Positions 1-10,900 of a DNA stretch of 64,000 nucleotides are shown one piece after another (position 1 is the stretch's first letter; each line of letters opens with the position of its first letter). A program made the position numbers and the translations under genes. The stretch spans positions 32,001 to 96,000 of IMG/VR virus record IMGVR_UViG_3300033076_001039; one strand, written 5' to 3'. A model generated the notes under the pieces. It worked only from the letters and a program-made list of their open reading frames with translations, was not told the DNA's origin and searched no databases. Origin of the DNA: a virus. Lineage: Duplodnaviria > Caudoviricetes.

Positions 1-218
1 TTTAATAATTGCTTTATACCTTTAGATGTTTCAACTCTAACTTTTCTATTGGCAGTTGTTTGGTGACCAGCTCTTTCAATAAGACCGTCTCTTTCTCTAA
101 CAGTGTAACAATCACCAGTATCTAAATCACAAACTTGTTTAGTACCGTCACCGTTATCTTCTTGTGAAAATCTTGTAGATTTACCAAGGTAGTTGTCTAA
201 TGCTGTTTTAATGTCCAT
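1..218 (-). CDS. Hypothetical protein, runs off the window start (MDIKTALDNYLGKSTRFSQEDNGDGTKQVCDLDTGDCYTVRERDG...)
   Basis: Translated by hand: ATG at 218, open frame to position 1. Preceded by the TATTTATA motif. Not in the ORF track. Confidence 0.75.
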   Translation of the reverse strand, partial: MDIKTALDNYLGKSTRFSQEDNGDGTKQVCDLDTGDCYTVRERDGLIERAGHQTTANRKVRVETSKGIKQLL

Positions 219-256
219 AATAATGTTTCTATATAAATATATCGTTATTTGTTAAA

Positions 257-3200
257 TTATAACTGTATGTTCAGTTTGAAGAACTGACTAACTTCTTGTG
301 GCGGAGTCGCCAAAACTAATAAAGGTTCGGCATTGAATGTGAACTCACAAATAATATTACAATTTGATGGTGGTGTTTGCCAATTACTAGTTATGACTGA
401 AAGTATATTACTTTGATTCATGAAGAAAGTAGATGGTGATGTAAAATAACCTAAACCTAAACTAATCAATCCGCTTTCATATACTGTATAAGTTTGAGTT
501 ACATTGTTTGATGTGTTAGTTTGAGTTACTTTGAATTTCAAAGTAGGTGGGACTTGAGTTGGTAATAAAGTATAAGATGAGGTCAATACAGGATTAACAC
601 TAACATCAATTGACGCTTGGCTCAGTAAATACGTACCATTTTGTGTGACACCAATTAATGGTAATGGTCCTGTTTGTTGTGGTTGAGTGTTTGAGTTTGG
701 TAATGTGCCAGGTACTGTTGTAGTTTGTACTGGTGCATTTTGTAATGGATTATATGTAAATGTACTTGTAGTTGTACCACTACCGTGAATACCTCCAACA
801 CTTATTGTATTATTTTGAGGCACTATTGTATTACTGAATGGAACAATAACCACAATATTAGTTGAGTTATTAATTGTAATACCTGTAGTTGTTGTTACCC
901 CATTTACTGTAACCGCACTTACACCACTTAAATCAGTTCCTGTAAGATTTAATATAGTACCTGTCACACCAGTCAATGGTGAGAATGATGTAACTTTAGG
1001 TGGTAAACATGACGGTGACGGTGCGTTGGTTGTATTCAAGTTGTTGGTTGCACCCGCACCACCATTCGCAATTTGTTGTGCTTGTTTATCTCCCGCAGTT
1101 TTAATTGTATTTGCTGAAGCAACATTTAATTGTACATCACCCGCAGATTTAATACCTTTTTTAACCGTATCAAATAAAGTTTTAAATTCATTTTGATTAC
1201 TGTCAAAATATGATGGGGATATATTAGGATTAGCACTTGTTGCAGGTGTCCAATAACAAGCATAGTATTTCGGTAATCCTAATGGTGCTTCACCATTTTC
1301 ACCATAGAATATTCTATTGATATTTGGTGTCAATCTTGCAATCATAAAATCCAAGAAACCATCTAAGTTTGTAAAGTTAGCAATTGGTGTTGATGTTGGC
1401 GTACCCGTAGAATTTGACACTTCAACGCATGAAGATTGTTTTTGTATGAAATATTTGGTACTTGGTCCCCAATATACTGTTAAATCGACATTCGCAAAGT
1501 TATTATTATAACCATAGAATTTATCTTTGTTATATGTTTTGATATAACACATTAAGTAAATTAATACTTGTAAATCAGAATTATTTGTCTTATTTCTAAT
1601 TGCATCTGCCAACTCTAATGGTGTTAATCCTGTAGTTGCGGATTCTTTAAAATCACCCCATGCACTATAATTCGTATTTAATTTATTAGTACATGAATTA
1701 ACTGCGGCCGCAGTATTAACTCCTTGTTGGCTTAACAACGCTGTCTTATTAATATTAGTGATTGGTTTGTCAGGTGCATTATCTTTTTTGGTTAAAATTG
1801 CACTTTCAATTTGTGTTAAAAGATTCTGATTAATACTTTGAAGTAAGGTATCAATTGCAGGTAAATCATACACACCTTGTCTGATACCACTAAAACTAGT
1901 TTGGAACTCACCAGCAGTTATGGTATGTGTAACGTCAGTAATTAAATAAGGTCCGTTAAACATTGGTACGTGTCTTAAATTAAAATACATCGTAGGTTGT
2001 AATAACGCATTACCAAAACAAACTATGGTACACTTATAACTTCTTCGTTTATATAAGTTATATAAACCAACATTCTGAGTTGCAGTATTTTTACCATTCG
2101 CTTGATTAACCATATCCAATTGAGCTTGAATAGTTTCGGAAGTTGCTTTACCGCTGTCCATGGATACACTAAACGAATAGAAAATATTTTGATTTCTAGT
2201 ACCAATATCAACATTAAATCCAACACATCTATTAGATACCGCCCAATCTTTTTTACCTGATTGATTTTCAATTAGTGGGTTTTCAGATGCCCTTCTTAAT
2301 TCAAACGCATCACTTCTAAATCTAGCATTACCTTTAGGTAAGTCTAATTGAGATGATGGTAGTCCAGCATAAAAACAAACCATTTTAGGACTTGATTTTC
2401 TGTAGTCGACATCCAAGAACGTACCCCACATGTTATCGGCAAACTGTAATGAACCCTCAGCGTTTTGTGAAATTGTAGTTCCATCCGCATCTTGGACATT
2501 ATAGAAGTTTACGTATGCAGGTAATGGCATAACATTAAACTTATTTTTAATTAAGATACCACTTAAGAATGTAAACACACTCATCTCCATATTCAAAGAA
2601 GTCTCTTCAAAAGTTTTTGTACCTAACAAACTATCTTTTAATGAAAAAATATCTACGATGATAGTATCTCCAATATTTCTTGATGCTCTATCCAAAAATA
2701 AGAAGTCCTCAAATAATGTTTTAGTACTGAAATCACCACCCGCAATCCATTTATCATTCAAAGCTTTGAATACCTCGTAGTTTTCAACTTTACTTTGTTG
2801 ACCATCGATAACACTTTGAATAGATTTTTCAGGAAGTTGTTGTTGGTTTGGTAGGTCAGCTCTAACTCTGTTTAAAACTTGATTCAAGAAAAGATTTTGG
2901 AGGGAGGTTGTCCCATCCAAATAAGTCTGAAGTCTTGTTTTAAATTCACTACTATTTAGTGTTGGTGTTATTAATTTTTGAGTAGCATATTGTTTAATCA
3001 ACTGAGAACATAGGACAATATTATTAACGGAAAATTCAATATTATTATCAATAAAGAAATCCGTAATATACGAACCTTGGTCTGTATAAACTAAATTCTT
3101 AATAGTTGAAAATCCCACTTCTGTTTCTAAAGCTAACCATTGTGATGGAAATTGAGCCTTAGATTGGGCTACTGTTATAGTACCATTTGAGGATGGTAAG

Positions 3201-6200
3201 GTATTAGGAACGTAAGGACTAAACACTATTGGGTCTGTAACCACATTAGGTCCCCCATTCGACGCCAAGAAAGAGTCAACAATCCTACGTTTATAGTTGG
3301 CAGGATTACCATACTTCAAGATAACATCGTATTCTAAAAACGATTTAATCGTTGTGGAAAAAGATGATAATTGAGTATTAGCAACAGAATTAAAATATTC
3401 CGTATTTGTTTGGTCAGTATTACCGTTAATGGACATTAAACTTCTAAATAGGTATTGGAAATTCCTAAATATCGCATTATTATCCACGGGTGACTCGCCG
3501 ACAGGAACTACCACTTGAGGCCCTAAATCTATATCGGCAATTGGTTTACAGAAATTTAAAAATTCTTGCTCAAACTTATCAAGAATACTTTTATCAAAAA
3601 CTGAAAATATTTCTTCAATGTTTGAGTATTCATCAGAATCTAAAAATCTGAAAGCTGATTGTTTAGTATTACCTGTTAAAATTTTATTAACATATTTTTC
3701 AGGACTTGGTTTAACAATACTTGTGTTGTTAAAATATCCATAATTAGGTGCTGACCATAACATTCTCACAGAACCATTATAGATTGATGGATTATCTAAA
3801 AACGGTATTACTTGAATGTTGTTTTGTAATAACTCAGAATTAACTTGATTGATGGGTGAACCAAATGACGGAACCACAAAATATTTAATACTCGTGGTAT
3901 TTTGATTTGGTGAACAATTACCCGACAAAGCATCTAAATCCATTACAGTGTCAGGTAAAATTACTGACCATGTTTGAATCGTGGAAAGTGGCGGATTGCC
4001 AGATAATAAATTAACGATAGAACCACTAGGTATAATATTGGAATTAGTAAAGTTATATACTTTCATTCCTCCCCCAATACTTGCCTGTATTTCCGCATCA
4101 GTATAATCTTTGTATAAGTCATACCCATTATAAAATACGTTAAAGTCATTAATAACTTTAGGATAAAATCCTGTTTGTATTTTTGGTGTCGATGGGTTGG
4201 TTACGTTTTGTAATGTAATATTTTTTACCCCCTCAAATTCAAATTTATATGTCTTTGTATCCGAACTTGTAATTGGGTCAAAATTAGTTTTATAGTCAAA
4301 GTTTGTCCAAGCACTATCCAAGAAATCAACCCCTGTCGATTTGAATGTTTTATATCGATACCATACTGAACCCATTTTAAGAACCCAAGCATATGGCATT
4401 TTATGAATTGCCCCAAATTTCTTAAAACAAGATGCAATATAATCCAATTCACTTGATGCTCCATCTGTACGATATCGTTCTTTTAAAGATGCTAATGGTA
4501 AGGAATTGATGAATAAATAAGCGGCTTGAACATACGGGTACTTATCTTTTTTCCTCCAATTATAGACACCATTTTGAATTGCATTCACCATATATGGTGT
4601 ATTCAACATTGATGTTGTTGTTTCAGTGGTAATATTACCTATAGGTTTTATGTGAGTAACATACCCTTCTGTAGGTACAAACTTATCGGGATTTTTTCTT
4701 CCAGTATAAAAAACATTCAAACCTGTTGCCAAAACTTCAGTAACAGGGTTAGAGACATTTAGATAAGAAAAATTAGTAACAGGTCTGTTTGTCGTATAGT
4801 TATATACACTATTAAAGTTGGATATTACGTTTCTTTCTTTAAAGACAGTTAGTACTTGTTTTGTATTATATACGTCATTACCCTTATTTTTATCACTTTG
4901 ACTCATATTCGCAGAAACCCATGATGGGTCCGTAAATGGATATGTGTCAATTATTAACGGGTCATTAGTTGCGTTTTTAACTAACTGTTCAAGGGCCTCA
5001 TACTTTGCAGTTATTTGAGGTTCTTTACCTAATTCATTTGTGGTTAAAATGTTGAATGAATTCTCCGTTAAATTTCTAATATAAGGTGTAACAAAAAAAT
5101 CTCTTATATATTCTTGATATGCTCGTCCAGTACCTTGGTTTGATATATTTGAAAGGAACTGTTCATAGTTTTGAGCGGTTATATCGTAATTTTTAAGTTT
5201 AAGAGTTAAGAAAGGTGAACTAACACCTAAACTAGTTACAATATTACTTGTTTCTGAACTAAGAACTAATTCAGTTAATTGGCTTAATTGATTTCCATTT
5301 GCACGTATGAATCCAGAATAATTTGAAGTTAAGAATTGTCTCTCCCATATTTCATAGAAAAACTTAATCTCTTCTTTATTAGCATATGCAACACCATTTG
5401 ACGGGTATTCAATTGCATTTATATTAATAATATTTGTAGTCGCCTGACTATCTGTAGGAACTTGAGCAATAGGTGGATTGAACTTTTGAGTTAACCCTCT
5501 CATATATTCCTCAACAAATTCTACTTCAGGCCATTTATCATATAGATAACCTTTAGTAATGTTCACAACTGAAGGGTCTGCAATGTATTTAAGTTGGAAC
5601 CTACCTTTCTTATCATCAGGTGTTTCAACAAAAAATTGAGGCCATGGGTATACTGGTATTTGACCTGTCGATAAACCCTGATTTTGATTTTGGGACTGTT
5701 GTGATGTCTTATAATTATCAACAGTATCGGTGCCAGGTGCCGACGATGGATTATCTAAAATTGCTAATCTTCTAACAGGGTCATATTTTACATTCCAAGC
5801 ATTAGTGTGAACTTCATCCATTAATCGAATAAACGCCTCCGCAGATGCCATGACAACTGCAGAAATATTTCTAACAGTAGGCTTAAACCCAATACCTAAT
5901 GTTGGGTCTTCAATTTTTTTAGAAAAATCCGCAGTAAGTTTTGTTTCATACTCAGTCAACTTTCTATTGGCTTCCGCCTCCATTTGATATATTAAATTTT
6001 CAAATCTTGGAATTGATGAATTTGTTACTGACGAACTTTTAAAAATAAATAAAGGTGGTATTACAACATTTACAGATTTTTCAGGACTAGTAACTAACTC
6101 TTGATTTAATGTAACCTCTAATGAAGGTGATAATGTTTTTTCTAAATAAGTTTTAGTTATTTTTGTATCTGCAGTGGTAGGTGCTAACTTACCGCTCTGT

Positions 6201-7609
6201 TCTATTGTTGTCTTCTCTAAATCAACATCATCAAGAGTAACATTCACTAATAAGGTATTAAAATCAATACTATTTTTAATTGATGCGGGACCTGTCGCGC
6301 CTAAGGTAGGATTTTCCGCCAACAATTTATTATATTCGATTGTATAACCACTTAAAAGTGTTCTAGCACTTTGTTGTTTAGTCACATCAAGTTCACTCTT
6401 AAACGCATAAACATATGTCCCATTTTTTAACACAATAGGTTTTGGGTTCATGTTTATATTGTACCAAGACGTATCCGAACCATAAATTTCGTTGTAGTAA
6501 TTTTTTAACACTTCTTTGTACGCTCGAATATTAGTTAATGGTTGAACGTCGACTTTTGTATAGGTATTAATAATATTTTTTTCTAAATTCTCTAAAGAAT
6601 TCATGAATTGTGCAAAAGTTAATTCAGGAAAGTCAGGGTCTATTAAACCTTTAGCTTTATACTCACTATAAACCTCAATAACTTTTTGATAACCTTTTTC
6701 ACTAACTATTTGGGTAGTAACATTACTTTGACTATTACTCGCTTGGCCTGCAATTGTTGCACTTTGTTTTGTTTGAGCTTCAATATTTTTATTACCACCT
6801 TCAGCAGACGTTGGTGATTTTGAAATATCGAATCTTGTACTGTACATGTGTGGTGCCGCCAATAAGTGTCCCATGGATATTTCATTCAAGATGTTGAATT
6901 TATAACCAACAAACTCTAAACTAATTGAGTAATTACCACTGAACGAATTAAATCTTGCATTAAAAGTTTTTAAATTTAATTGATACTTAATTGCCTGACC
7001 ATAATACCCTTTAAGTGTTAGGTAAAATGGTGGGTATGGTAAGTTAAAAAATGCTGCGTATGGTGAATTATCACCTAATTGAAATAAAGCCCTTCCTTGA
7101 ACATCCTCTAATTCTATAGTAACCGTTGGAATGAATGATGTATTAGTTGTTACATTAATACTTGTTATACCTAAAAGTCCATTGTCTTTTGATGTTCCTC
7201 CAGGATTTACAACTGAAACTTTATTATATGGTCTTGTCCCATTATTTGGGTCAATTAATTGTTCTCGTATTTGATTATCACCTAATCCGTTTCTAGTATT
7301 TTTACCCGTAAGTTCGTCATAATAACCAGTAGTTAATGCAGTTCCTTCAGTTGGTCTTAAAAAATTAATTTTGGCAACCGAGATTGTTTGGACCGTATCT
7401 TCAGGACTTCCTCCAACAGCTAACTTTGTTCTTGGTAAAACTTCAGCTTCAAGGTTGGCGAACATAACCATATTTTCATGGTCAACCAATCTTTCACGAA
7501 TGTTTCCAAATGCATCAATAGTCTTATTTGGGTCAACAACAATTATGTTGTTGTAATCAAATTCTACTAATACATTTCCACTATTGTCTCCTGGTCTATT
7601 ACCTACCAT
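257..7609 (-). CDS. Giant baseplate hub-like structural protein (gp27/late-control-D-like) with a C-terminal IPT/TIG Ig-like domain
   Basis: 2450 aa. Hub-type segment FGNALLQPTMYFNLRHVPMFNGPYLITDVTHTITAGEFQTSFSG. IPT-like segment PPKVTSFSPLTGVTGTILNLTGTDL...FTY. Lies within the tail module. Confidence 0.6.
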   Translation of the reverse strand: MVGNRPGDNSGNVLVEFDYNNIIVVDPNKTIDAFGNIRERLVDHENMVMFANLEAEVLPRTKLAVGGSPEDTVQTISVAKINFLRPTEGTALTTGYYDELTGKNTRNGLGDNQIREQLIDPNNGTRPYNKVSVVNPGGTSKDNGLLGITSINVTTNTSFIPTVTIELEDVQGRALFQLGDNSPYAAFFNLPYPPFYLTLKGYYGQAIKYQLNLKTFNARFNSFSGNYSISLEFVGYKFNILNEISMGHLLAAPHMYSTRFDISKSPTSAEGGNKNIEAQTKQSATIAGQASNSQSNVTTQIVSEKGYQKVIEVYSEYKAKGLIDPDFPELTFAQFMNSLENLEKNIINTYTKVDVQPLTNIRAYKEVLKNYYNEIYGSDTSWYNINMNPKPIVLKNGTYVYAFKSELDVTKQQSARTLLSGYTIEYNKLLAENPTLGATGPASIKNSIDFNTLLVNVTLDDVDLEKTTIEQSGKLAPTTADTKITKTYLEKTLSPSLEVTLNQELVTSPEKSVNVVIPPLFIFKSSSVTNSSIPRFENLIYQMEAEANRKLTEYETKLTADFSKKIEDPTLGIGFKPTVRNISAVVMASAEAFIRLMDEVHTNAWNVKYDPVRRLAILDNPSSAPGTDTVDNYKTSQQSQNQNQGLSTGQIPVYPWPQFFVETPDDKKGRFQLKYIADPSVVNITKGYLYDKWPEVEFVEEYMRGLTQKFNPPIAQVPTDSQATTNIININAIEYPSNGVAYANKEEIKFFYEIWERQFLTSNYSGFIRANGNQLSQLTELVLSSETSNIVTSLGVSSPFLTLKLKNYDITAQNYEQFLSNISNQGTGRAYQEYIRDFFVTPYIRNLTENSFNILTTNELGKEPQITAKYEALEQLVKNATNDPLIIDTYPFTDPSWVSANMSQSDKNKGNDVYNTKQVLTVFKERNVISNFNSVYNYTTNRPVTNFSYLNVSNPVTEVLATGLNVFYTGRKNPDKFVPTEGYVTHIKPIGNITTETTTSMLNTPYMVNAIQNGVYNWRKKDKYPYVQAAYLFINSLPLASLKERYRTDGASSELDYIASCFKKFGAIHKMPYAWVLKMGSVWYRYKTFKSTGVDFLDSAWTNFDYKTNFDPITSSDTKTYKFEFEGVKNITLQNVTNPSTPKIQTGFYPKVINDFNVFYNGYDLYKDYTDAEIQASIGGGMKVYNFTNSNIIPSGSIVNLLSGNPPLSTIQTWSVILPDTVMDLDALSGNCSPNQNTTSIKYFVVPSFGSPINQVNSELLQNNIQVIPFLDNPSIYNGSVRMLWSAPNYGYFNNTSIVKPSPEKYVNKILTGNTKQSAFRFLDSDEYSNIEEIFSVFDKSILDKFEQEFLNFCKPIADIDLGPQVVVPVGESPVDNNAIFRNFQYLFRSLMSINGNTDQTNTEYFNSVANTQLSSFSTTIKSFLEYDVILKYGNPANYKRRIVDSFLASNGGPNVVTDPIVFSPYVPNTLPSSNGTITVAQSKAQFPSQWLALETEVGFSTIKNLVYTDQGSYITDFFIDNNIEFSVNNIVLCSQLIKQYATQKLITPTLNSSEFKTRLQTYLDGTTSLQNLFLNQVLNRVRADLPNQQQLPEKSIQSVIDGQQSKVENYEVFKALNDKWIAGGDFSTKTLFEDFLFLDRASRNIGDTIIVDIFSLKDSLLGTKTFEETSLNMEMSVFTFLSGILIKNKFNVMPLPAYVNFYNVQDADGTTISQNAEGSLQFADNMWGTFLDVDYRKSSPKMVCFYAGLPSSQLDLPKGNARFRSDAFELRRASENPLIENQSGKKDWAVSNRCVGFNVDIGTRNQNIFYSFSVSMDSGKATSETIQAQLDMVNQANGKNTATQNVGLYNLYKRRSYKCTIVCFGNALLQPTMYFNLRHVPMFNGPYLITDVTHTITAGEFQTSFSGIRQGVYDLPAIDTLLQSINQNLLTQIESAILTKKDNAPDKPITNINKTALLSQQGVNTAAAVNSCTNKLNTNYSAWGDFKESATTGLTPLELADAIRNKTNNSDLQVLIYLMCYIKTYNKDKFYGYNNNFANVDLTVYWGPSTKYFIQKQSSCVEVSNSTGTPTSTPIANFTNLDGFLDFMIARLTPNINRIFYGENGEAPLGLPKYYACYWTPATSANPNISPSYFDSNQNEFKTLFDTVKKGIKSAGDVQLNVASANTIKTAGDKQAQQIANGGAGATNNLNTTNAPSPSCLPPKVTSFSPLTGVTGTILNLTGTDLSGVSAVTVNGVTTTTGITINNSTNIVVIVPFSNTIVPQNNTISVGGIHGSGTTTSTFTYNPLQNAPVQTTTVPGTLPNSNTQPQQTGPLPLIGVTQNGTYLLSQASIDVSVNPVLTSSYTLLPTQVPPTLKFKVTQTNTSNNVTQTYTVYESGLISLGLGYFTSPSTFFMNQSNILSVITSNWQTPPSNCNIICEFTFNAEPLLVLATPPQEVSQFFKLNIQL

Positions 7610-7922
7610 AATAATAAAAATAATTTTCTAACGCGGCTTTATAATCCTGTAATGAAGGTAGTAGTGGATATGGAATAATCAATACCGCACCGTCAAATAT
7701 ATTGTTTTCTAAACCACCAAATTGTGGGTTGGCCTGTAATATTAACCATCCAAAATATGGTGAGTTGTAATACTCTTGAGAAACTACATCTAGTCTACTT
7801 CGGGCAACTTTATATATGTAAGATTTGTCTGTTGGTTTTTGAGGTAATTGCACAAACGGGACCACGGTTTGTTCACCATTAATAAGAAAGTCACTATATC
7901 TATTCCAATACTGATATGCCAT
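7599..7922 (-). CDS. Baseplate wedge protein, LysM/T4 gp53-like
   Basis: 107 aa. RLDVVSQEYYNSPYFGWLILQANP...LIIP matches the LysM/gp53/tail-X pattern. Sits between the tube initiator and hub genes. Confidence 0.7.
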   Translation of the reverse strand: MAYQYWNRYSDFLINGEQTVVPFVQLPQKPTDKSYIYKVARSRLDVVSQEYYNSPYFGWLILQANPQFGGLENNIFDGAVLIIPYPLLPSLQDYKAALENYFYYYGR

Positions 7923-10900
7923 TAGTTAAATTTTACTTTTGATATCCATGCGTTACTCGAATATTCATCGTTCCACGTTTTATTATTTGTGTTTTGGTTT
8001 TCCAAAGCGCCTAACCCCTTAATCAAATTAATTCTACCCTCTTCTTTTGCTTGGTATGTTGTATATGTAAAGTTTCTTTTCTTGCTCGGGAATGGTGTAT
8101 ATTTTAAGAAGTTTTGTAACTGATTTTTTTCAACCCAAGTGATAAACTCTTTTGTAATATCGTTTTCCTCAACAAACGCTGGTTTTGCCTTTACAGTCCA
8201 ATAATCATCAAAACTTTTTCTCAAATTATCTGCATTTATTTGCTCACCAATTAAACCCTGATTATTAATTATATTGGCAATCATCGCATTTTTAAAGGTT
8301 TCATATTTTTTACTATCAACAACATCATCAGATAATAACATATAAACTCTTCTAAACGGTGCATCTAAAAATAATCCACCACTAAATGGTACAAAAACTT
8401 TTTGTCCTTCAGGTAGTTTGTATCCTGGACCAAAAACTAAATAACCTTGGTACAATTTATTATTCTTTGGATATAAGAATGTTTTTTTCTCCCAAATCAC
8501 TTTATTGAATTCAGTAATACCACTACTAATTTTTTCAATATCCTTAACTAATTCTACTAAAGTATCACTAACACCTTGTGAACTACTATCAACTTCGGTT
8601 GTTGGTATTGTAATATATGGAATCACATTTCCGTTTTTTTCTTGTTTACCATCACTACCCTTATTTGGAATTGCGGAAACAAAATAAGGAACAGTATTAG
8701 CTTTAGCAATAAATTTAATATACGATTGTTGAACGTCTGTCATGCTTTGGGTTATTGTTGTAACCGCGTTTTGATATGTTCCTTTTTTGTTTTTAAGAAT
8801 GTTTACATAATTTTCTTTCAACTGTCTTACCACTTTAGTTGTAAATAAATTAGAATCCACAACACTCTTAATAAAACCTTCATCCCCATTTTTTACATCA
8901 TCAATTAACTCTTCAAATATATCATCAATTCTTTTTTGATATCCTGTTGGTTTACCAAATAATACAGTATTATCTAATTCGGTTACCAAGAATCTACCAT
9001 CAGTATAGTTTCTTTCTAACATCCATTGTTGACGTAAAGCGTTGTTATATTGGTTAACAGTTTCTCTGTTTTTATTCACAACATTTGTAAAGTATGTCTG
9101 TGTTTCAGTAACAAGGTTATCCATAAACGTCTGATATGTAATTGTACCTGTTTCACCAGATTCAACAACACTACTTGAAATAACCGTACCAATAGTACTT
9201 TCATTTGATTGTCCGTTATTTGGAGCCGCATTATTTATGGTTGGTGGTGCAACGTTACTTAACGCAGCAAACTGTAAAAATTCTTTATCTAAAACTTGGT
9301 AACTTGTGTCAGTTGGGTCTGCTCTGTCATCGTAAATTTCAGTATTAGCATAGTAGTTAAACGTTAATGCATTCTGTAATTTATCAACAGATTCTTTCAA
9401 TCCACTACCACCCACGAAATTAAATGCCAGTGTAACTTTCGCAATCATAGGTTGGACCCCAATCCCTTCAGGGTTAATGTCCAATTGCTCATAAGCCAAA
9501 CTTAAACTTGTTGGTATAATTTTAGTGTTAAAGAAATCACCAATTCTCAATATCAATACTGGTGGTGCCCCAAATGCTGTGTTAGTTGCATTGTTATATT
9601 CTAAAACATCTTTACCACCTATTGATTTAACAACAGGTATTGTATCACCTGGTCTCATACATTGTTGTAAGAATGTTAATCGAGTATTCAAACCTTCAGG
9701 TGTTATTGCGTGAAAGGCTGGTTGGAAGAATTTAAGTTTATCTTTAAGGTTGTCAAATACCATTGGTGTTTCTTCCTTAATAACTTCAAAATAATCACAT
9801 TCAGATAGTAATGACCTTAAAACTCTTTTTGTGATATTATCTCTTACAACTGCAACGTTTTCTATTTGAGTTTGTGTTTCAGTTGTAGTGACAACATTAC
9901 CTGTAACAACTGTTGTTTTCTTTGGTGGTAAAATTGGGCTTGGAGCCTTTAACTGATTGTCTATTTTTGATATAAACGCTCTTCTACATGACATTGCTGG
10001 TGTAGTATAAATGTCTTTAGCACCTACTTGTGTATCACCTCCAACCGCATTTTGATTGGTATCCGTACAGTTTACAGACTGAGCAGGAGACATTTCACTA
10101 ATTGAATATGGTTCTTGTGTCTTCTTTGATTTTAACGGTGCTGATGTTGCAACCTCACCAAAACCAGTACCACTAACAACCAATAATCTTTTCTCTTCAA
10201 TGTATTTTTTTGTTGCAGGATTTTCATTAAAGAATCTTATAACAGATGCAATTCTTCTAGCTGACAAAGATTTGTTATACGCCACAGTTTGTGGTGCCGA
10301 ACAACTTGAGTCAATTGAAATTGTAACAGTACCCGATTCACTATTTTTAATTTGTTCTGCAACATCAATTGCCAATTGTTGAGCAATTTTATAGTTTGGT
10401 GTGATAACCGTATTGTAAAATTCGTCCAATTGAGGTCCGTTTGATTTTTTCAAATATGTTGGTTTTTCACCAATATATTCATCATACATTTCATTGTAGT
10501 TAGGTGCGGTTTTTGGTAGTGGATAATCGTTTGCAAAATAGAAACCGATTTGTTCATAATCTTTTAGATTAATACCACCATTACCATTACTACCTCCAGA
10601 ACCAGTCGCTCCCCCACCACTATTGGCTTGAGCCGCTTCAGGTGTTGTTGTAATTTCACTTACAATATATTGCATTTGTTCTTTTGTTATCTCTTTCGAG
10701 GTAATTGCTTGTTGCATTTGGAACAAATCATTTGGATTGATTGTATAATATTTTTTAGCCAATTCGTAAATGTCATACTTTCTACATCCCGCAAAGAATG
10801 AATCTAATATTCCATCGATTCTTGTCTTATTAGTTTCATTACCCAAAACTTTATTAACGATAACATTCAATACCGATGGGTGGTCAACAACAATATCCCA

